Below, in pieces: positions 45,993-50,340 of a stretch of DNA of 50,340 nt. A program made the translations under genes and the position numbers. The DNA lies in IMG/VR virus record IMGVR_UViG_2061766007_000135. One strand, given 5' to 3'. This DNA comes from an uncultured virus (IMG/VR IMGVR_UViG_2061766007_000135). Lineage: Duplodnaviria; Heunggongvirae; Uroviricota; Caudoviricetes. The first letter of the stretch is position 1; every line of letters begins with the position of its first letter. A model generated the notes under the pieces. That model did not search any database and was not told the origin of the DNA. It saw only the letters and a program-made list of their open reading frames with translations.

Positions 45993-46291
45993 TGTCTGGC
46001 TTTTTGCGTTGGCGGCGCGTGCTCGGGCGGCACGCGCCGAGTTCGCGATAGGAGGAAGTGCACAAAAAAATAGATCAAACTTTGGGCATTTTACCGACTT
46101 GCATTTTTCTCCTGGAAGTAGTATACTATAATCGTTCCGAGGGGGAGAGTGAGACGCCGGCCTGGCGGCCTGGCTACCGAGGAAGACGGCTTAACCAAGA
46201 GTTAACTTGACAGCCGTCCACAAATGTGATACAATTAAGACATCAAAGGGGAGCTGCTAAACCCCACAAACAGAGAAAGAGAGTGATTAGT

Positions 46292-46639
46292 ATGACTAAT
46301 TCCTACACCTACATCAACGCCATCGACGAAGCCCTGTCCTGTGAGCTGTCCGACCAGTGCCGCGAGAAGCTGTCCGCGCTCCGCACCCAGATCGAGAAGC
46401 GCAACTCCACCCACAGCGACAAGCCGACCAAGAAGCAGGCCGAGAACGCCGAAGTGAAGGACATCATCCTGTCCAAGCTGTCCTCGACCGAGGGCAAGCG
46501 GTGCGGTGACATCGCCACCGAAGTCGGCATCAGTGGCCAGAAGTGCTCCGCCCTGCTGAGCCAGCTGGTCAAGACCGGCGAAGTCCTCAAGACCGAAGAG
46601 AAGCGGGTCGCTCTCTTCACCCTCCCTGTGGGCGGCTAA
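46292..46639 (+). CDS. Winged-helix-like DNA-binding protein, paralog 2
   Basis: QIEKRNST..KPTKKQ.EN..CGDIATEVGISGQKCSALLSQLVKTG. Confidence 0.75.
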   Translation: MTNSYTYINAIDEALSCELSDQCREKLSALRTQIEKRNSTHSDKPTKKQAENAEVKDIILSKLSSTEGKRCGDIATEVGISGQKCSALLSQLVKTGEVLKTEEKRVALFTLPVGG

Positions 46640-46652
46640 TGCCGCCCCTTAT

Positions 46653-46738
46653 GGGGATGAGGACGGTCGGGTAACTGTCACGGTGCCAGTCGCCAGGGGC
46701 AAGGCCCCAAGCGGGTTCGACTCCCGCCATCTCCACCA
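46653..46738 (+). ncRNA. Non-canonical tRNA-like RNA with tmRNA/tRNA-Ala-type acceptor stem, 86 nt
   Basis: GGGGATG/CATCTCC acceptor with G3-U70, A73 and encoded CCA; perfect T-arm GCGGG-TTCGACT-CCCGC; 6-bp D-like stem; 5-bp variable arm; degenerate anticodon arm; terminator follows. Confidence 0.75.
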
Positions 46739-46762
46739 GCCCCTTCGGGGGCTTTTCTTTTT
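46739..46762 (+). terminator. Intrinsic terminator after the tRNA-like RNA
   Basis: GCCCC-TTCG-GGGGC-TTTTCTTTTT. Confidence 0.85.
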
Positions 46763-46903
46763 GACCGCGCGTCTGCGGCCCAGACGCACGGTTTTGTGCA
46801 TCCTGGATACCTCTGCATATTTATCCGCAAAAATGTATGAATATTCTTGTTGACAAATGCTCCCGAATGTGCTATACTATCACTGTTGAAAGGGGTTGAG
46901 GTT

Positions 46904-47062
46904 ATGAAGTCTCTTATGCTGGGTCTGGGTTGTCTTCTGCTGATGGTTTCTTTCCTGTGTATGGTTGGCCTGGTGCTTGCTCCCTGTACTGGTTTCACGG
47001 TGGGCTGTGTGTCCACTATGTGCGGAGCCTGCGGCATTGTTAAATTCTTGGAAACCCATTGA
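46904..47062 (+). CDS. Small hydrophobic Cys-rich membrane peptide, 52 aa
   Basis: Own promoter, RBS; stop overlaps the next -35. Confidence 0.6.
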   Translation: MKSLMLGLGCLLLMVSFLCMVGLVLAPCTGFTVGCVSTMCGACGIVKFLETH

Positions 47063-47120
47063 CATCTTGTCTAGTCTATGGTATACTAATTCCATCAAAT
47101 AAAGAAAGAGGTTGATTTGA

Positions 47121-47831
47121 ATGCCTGCCACCACTATCATTACCCTTGCTATGCTTCTTGAACAGATCGCGCAGATCGCGTATGACCATCGCGGCGAAAA
47201 GCTCATCTGTATCGACACAGAAACCGCTTTTAACATGCCGTGGCAACGTTTCTATGACTTCGGGCTTGCTGTCATCAATAGGGCTGGAAAGATTTTTTTC
47301 AAGCTGTCGCTTGTCAATTCTTCCATCTTCTATGGTAGAGCGGACGCAATGCAATCTTGCTACTATGCTAACAAGTTGCCGCAGTACTATGTTGAAATAG
47401 AAGATGGAACGCGCATTGTTCTTACTTCTAAAGAAATCAAGATACTGTTCGCCGCAATTTGTGAACACTTCAACATCAAGAAAGTTTGCGCTTACAACAT
47501 TGCTTTTGATTATCGCGCTTGCAATAACACTTTGCGAAACTTCTTCCCTACTGATACTGAATATTGGGACATTATGAAGATGGCAAAAGATGTTTTCGGC
47601 ACGATGAAGTCTTATCACAGTTTTTGTGAAGATAATGGTTTTATGACCAAACACAAAAAGCCGCGCCACCAGCTGAAAGCCGAAACTGTTTATCGGTTCA
47701 TAACTAAAGATCCTGAGTTTGTCGAAGCGCACACCGGCTTGCGTGACGTAGAGATCGAAACGATTATCCTTGCAGAATGTTTCAAGCGGCATAAGAAAAT
47801 GACGCGAGTGTGGGAACCGAAGAGGGCTTAA
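47121..47831 (+). CDS. DEDDh 3'-5' exonuclease, paralog 2
   Basis: IDTET, AYNIAFD, HTGLRDVEIE; shares YYANKLPQYY and FCE.NG with paralog 1. Confidence 0.85.
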   Translation: MPATTIITLAMLLEQIAQIAYDHRGEKLICIDTETAFNMPWQRFYDFGLAVINRAGKIFFKLSLVNSSIFYGRADAMQSCYYANKLPQYYVEIEDGTRIVLTSKEIKILFAAICEHFNIKKVCAYNIAFDYRACNNTLRNFFPTDTEYWDIMKMAKDVFGTMKSYHSFCEDNGFMTKHKKPRHQLKAETVYRFITKDPEFVEAHTGLRDVEIETIILAECFKRHKKMTRVWEPKRA

Positions 47832-47908
47832 CGCCCTCTTCACATTCGGGCTATTGACAAAAGAAAAAAAATGTGATAAAATATTTTTAGAAAGTGAGGG
47901 ATGAGCAA

Positions 47909-48316
47909 ATGACTAAAGAGCAATTTATCGAACAGTGGCTTGACAAGTATGAGCAGGCCCACCCCGATGAGCGTCTGGACTATGACGCCCTGCGGGAGCA
48001 AGCCGACTGCGAGTGGTACGACAAAGAGGTGGACCGCGGCAACGCTACGGAGTACGATCTGAGCGCCGAGCAGCAGAAGGCCGTCAAGGCCGCTATGCAG
48101 GGGATGGCCCACCGGAGTGTCAACGCCTACGGGAAAGAGGTCAAGCGCGTGCGGAAGCCGAACGAGGCCAAGCGCGAACTGGTGCAGGCCATTGCGGACG
48201 CTCTCGCCGCCTACGGCGCGGACATCTCCAACCCCGAGCGGCAGGTCGATTTCACCTGGCAGGGCATCGCCTACAGTGTGACCCTGACGGCTCACCGCCC
48301 GCCCAAAGCCAAGTAA
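47909..48316 (+). CDS. Hypothetical protein, VNAYGKEVKR family paralog 2
   Basis: EQ.KA.KAA..GMA..VNAYGKEVKR.RKPN..KR, NPER..DF, LT.HR.PK shared with 43898-44278. Confidence 0.8.
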   Translation: MTKEQFIEQWLDKYEQAHPDERLDYDALREQADCEWYDKEVDRGNATEYDLSAEQQKAVKAAMQGMAHRSVNAYGKEVKRVRKPNEAKRELVQAIADALAAYGADISNPERQVDFTWQGIAYSVTLTAHRPPKAK

Positions 48317-48792
48317 GGCTCCGGCCCCCGCCGGGGCCTTTTCTTTTCGGCCGGCCGCTGCTGGGCGCAGCGGCCGGTTTTTACGCCTGGAGGGACCACC
48401 TGGAATTTTGCGCGCAAAAGGCCAATGTAAAGCGTGGGTTAAATCAGCCCGGAACCCCTTGACAGATCGGGCCGCAGGGTGTATAATGTGTTCGTAAGGT
48501 TGAGGGAGGGCAGGGCCCCACGGGGCCGGCTCGGACAGACGAAACAAACTCTTAACTTGACAATCCGGCTGATCAGTAGTATAATGGACACATCAAAAGG
48601 GGATGATACCGATGGTTTGAGATGGGGCGACACCCGACAGGCGCTTGCCCGCGCCGCGTCCACCTGGCGGGTAGCTCAGTAAGGCAAAAGGACGCTTAAC
48701 CAACACTTAACTTGACAAACCCAACCGACTATGCTATAATGAGTACATCAAAAGGGGAAGGAAAACCCCACAAACCAGAAAGGGTTGATATT

Positions 48793-49143
48793 ATGACCAC
48801 TAAAATCACTTACGCTGACGCTCTGAACACTGTCCTGACCACCTACGAACTGCCTGCCGAAGTCGCTGAGAAGCTGATCGCTCTGAAAGAGCAGATCGAA
48901 AAGCGCAACTCTACGGAGCGCAAGCCCACCAAAGTCCAGCAGGCCAATGTGGCTCTCCGTGAGAAGGTGCTGGCGGTGCTGACCACTGAGCCGGTCACTG
49001 TGTCCGAGTTGATGGCCCGCGATCCCGAGCTGGCGGCCCTGTCCAATCAGAAGGTGGCGGCTCTGGTGAACGCCCTCGTGAAGGACGGTCAGGCCCTCAA
49101 GCTGCCGGATGGCCGCAAGATGACCTTCTGCCTGCCGCGCTGA
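48793..49143 (+). CDS. Winged-helix-like DNA-binding protein, paralog 3 (close to paralog 1)
   Basis: LSNQKVAAL.NALVK.G.ALK.PDGRKMTF shared with 44361-44708. Confidence 0.75.
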   Translation: MTTKITYADALNTVLTTYELPAEVAEKLIALKEQIEKRNSTERKPTKVQQANVALREKVLAVLTTEPVTVSELMARDPELAALSNQKVAALVNALVKDGQALKLPDGRKMTFCLPR

Positions 49144-49438
49144 TGCGGCAACCCCTAGGGGAGGCGTAAGCCTCCCCCTTTTGGTGTCGCTCGGACGGGC
49201 CGGTCGCGGGCGATCCGGCCCGAGTTTCGCGATCGGTATGCATATGCAAATTTTTCGCTTGAAACTCCCATATGCGATCGGAATGCTTGAACTCCCGAAT
49301 ATATGCCTTATTTGGGCCGATCGGCAGACCGATTGGCTTCCAGCTCATTCGAGCGTCTCTTTGCGCTCTCTAAACAGAGCTACAACTCGCTGTAGCCCTA
49401 AAAAATACCATTTTGCACTACTTTCATCACAAAATGAT

Positions 49439-49653
49439 TGGATTTTATCAAAAAAATATGATAAAATATGTTTTGGGGACGATTTCTTTGCGATCGGGCA
49501 CTTGATTTCACCAAAAAAATATGATATAATAAAAGAAAAACCCCTAAGTGCCTATCGGGCACTTGATTTATATCAAAAAATATGATAAAATATTGTTGGG
49601 GGTTGTACAATTGCGATCGGATACTTGATTTTTATAAAAAATTTTGGTATAAT
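49439..49653 (+). promoter_or_regulatory. Four tandem promoter-containing repeats (61-63 bp period)
   Basis: T(T/G)GATT-17 (A-tract)-TA(T/A)AAT with -35 at 49439, 49502, 49563 and 49625; the last three are preceded by (G)C(G/T)ATCGG. Confidence 0.75.
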
Positions 49654-49717
49654 ATACATGTAAAAGATGAGAAAAGCCTTTTACGAAATACGTATTTAGT
49701 ATAAGGAGCGAAATTCG

Positions 49718-50185
49718 ATGGATCAGAAGACTATTCTGGACGCCCTGCAGAAGGCCCTGGCGAACGGTTCTGGCTCACTTGACGACCTCAATCAGTTGCT
49801 TGACCGAGCCAAGAGTGACATTGCACAGGCCAAGAGAGAAGAGGAAGAGGCTGCGCGCAAGGCTAAGGAAGCTGCCGAGCGTGCTAAGATCAAGAGAGGC
49901 GAAGATATTGCCGGCCTGGCTACTCGTTTGCTTGCCGAACAGCCAACTGCTGAAGACGTTGCAATGATGCTGACCGCATTTCTCAAGACTAAGGGCTTTG
50001 AGACCGGTGTTACTGCCGAGGAAGTTGAGGACTGTTTCGCCTCTAGTGTTAAGCTGCACTCTGAACTGGATCAGCTTATGAACGCAGTTAAGGACTTGGG
50101 CGATATATTCAACACTAAGCCTAAGAAGGAACGCGAAAGTGATGACATTCTCGACCAGTTCTTGCGTCAGAGAGGCTTGCGGTAA
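49718..50185 (+). CDS. Hypothetical coiled-coil protein, 155 aa
   Basis: TAAGGAG RBS; intact ORF; terminator follows. Confidence 0.8.
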   Translation: MDQKTILDALQKALANGSGSLDDLNQLLDRAKSDIAQAKREEEEAARKAKEAAERAKIKRGEDIAGLATRLLAEQPTAEDVAMMLTAFLKTKGFETGVTAEEVEDCFASSVKLHSELDQLMNAVKDLGDIFNTKPKKERESDDILDQFLRQRGLR

Positions 50186-50192
50186 AGAAAAT

Positions 50193-50215
50193 AGAGCCGC
50201 AAGGCTCTTTTTTTT
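50193..50215 (+). terminator. Intrinsic terminator
   Basis: AGAGCC-GCAA-GGCTCT followed by a T-run. Confidence 0.85.
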
Positions 50216-50340
50216 ATATATTAAAGGAAAACGATAACGGAATCGGTAACGAGTAAATATATATAGATGTCTAGCACCGATCGGCACCACCACACCTCTG
50301 TCACCTGCAATTTTTGTATAAAATCTTATAAATTATTAAA

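Larger units (their letters stand above)
37899..48740 (+). promoter_or_regulatory. Array of 23 near-consensus sigmaA promoters
   Basis: TTGACA/TTGACT/TTGCAW-17-TATAAT/TATACT/TACAAT/TAAAAT with -35 at 37899, 38529, 39097, 39598, 40021, 40451, 40882, 41156, 41423, 42263, 43039, 43843, 44280, 44843, 45064, 46099, 46207, 46850, 47059, 47854, 48459, 48557, 48712; most have extended -10 TG. Confidence 0.9.
37754..49222 (+). repeat. Family of ten dispersed GC-rich hairpins (27-30 bp) between gene groups
   Basis: Inverted repeats at 37754, 38943, 39896, 40774, 42178, 44758, 46013, 46764, 48351 and 49196; most loops contain GGGC/GGCC and most are followed by a T-run then (G/A)CG. Confidence 0.8.

Noticed and set aside
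46653..46738. Amber suppressor tRNA, canonical tRNA-Ala or full tmRNA
   Set aside because: No CTA anticodon, no canonical anticodon arm or U8, and far too short for a tag reading frame.
46711..46738. attP core for integration at ssrA
   Set aside because: Not excluded, but no integrase nearby and the pairing 5' strand and internal arms are present, favouring a complete RNA.
40005..48717. Literal CtrA regulation (alphaproteobacterial host)
   Set aside because: Motif matches TTAA-N7-TTAA, but proteins, strong RBSs and extended -10 promoters point to Firmicutes; kept only as an OmpR-family-type box.
49229..49660. CRISPR array
   Set aside because: Repeats are degenerate and are promoter elements; no identical repeats with unique spacers, no cas genes.
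37932..50293. Long minus-strand ORFs in the early region (e.g. 40005-40841, 47076-47843, 47840-48547)
   Set aside because: Antisense to promoter- and RBS-supported genes and cross terminators; expected in GC-richer DNA.

Overview
Fragment of a large tailed (siphovirus-like) phage of a Firmicutes/Clostridia-type host, with two very different halves. (1) 1-35.6 kb, minus strand, AT-rich: a packaging, head and tail module containing two zinc-finger proteins, terminase large subunit, a small PD-(D/E)xK nuclease, portal, protease/scaffold, decoration and major capsid proteins, neck genes, major tail protein, a 4548-codon tape measure and a >1740-codon tail-tip protein. The ORF track looks shredded here because TAG is read as Gln (translation table 15). 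The fragments I checked end at TAG and rejoin in frame, true stops are TAA/TGA, and two allelic copies of the protease gene in the window have TAG versus CAG at the same codon. (2) 35.7-50.3 kb, plus strand, GC-richer from ~37.7 kb: an array of small early genes, almost each with its own consensus sigmaA promoter (23 counted, plus four tandem promoters at 49.4-49.7 kb). Many promoters carry a TTAAC-N6-TTAAC 11-bp direct repeat. Gene groups are delimited by terminators followed by a structure-conserved GC-rich hairpin. The array holds paralog families (3 HAD nucleotidases, 2 DEDDh exonucleases, 3 winged-helix-like proteins, 2 unknown proteins), a kinase-fold protein, promoters with no convincing ORF, and an 86-nt non-canonical tRNA/tmRNA-like RNA with an alanine identity acceptor stem. 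Scaffold gaps at 25.6, 28.4, 29.1 and 42.95 kb; the head region is locally misassembled and chimeric. Protein calls come from motif recognition and gene order only; no searches were run.
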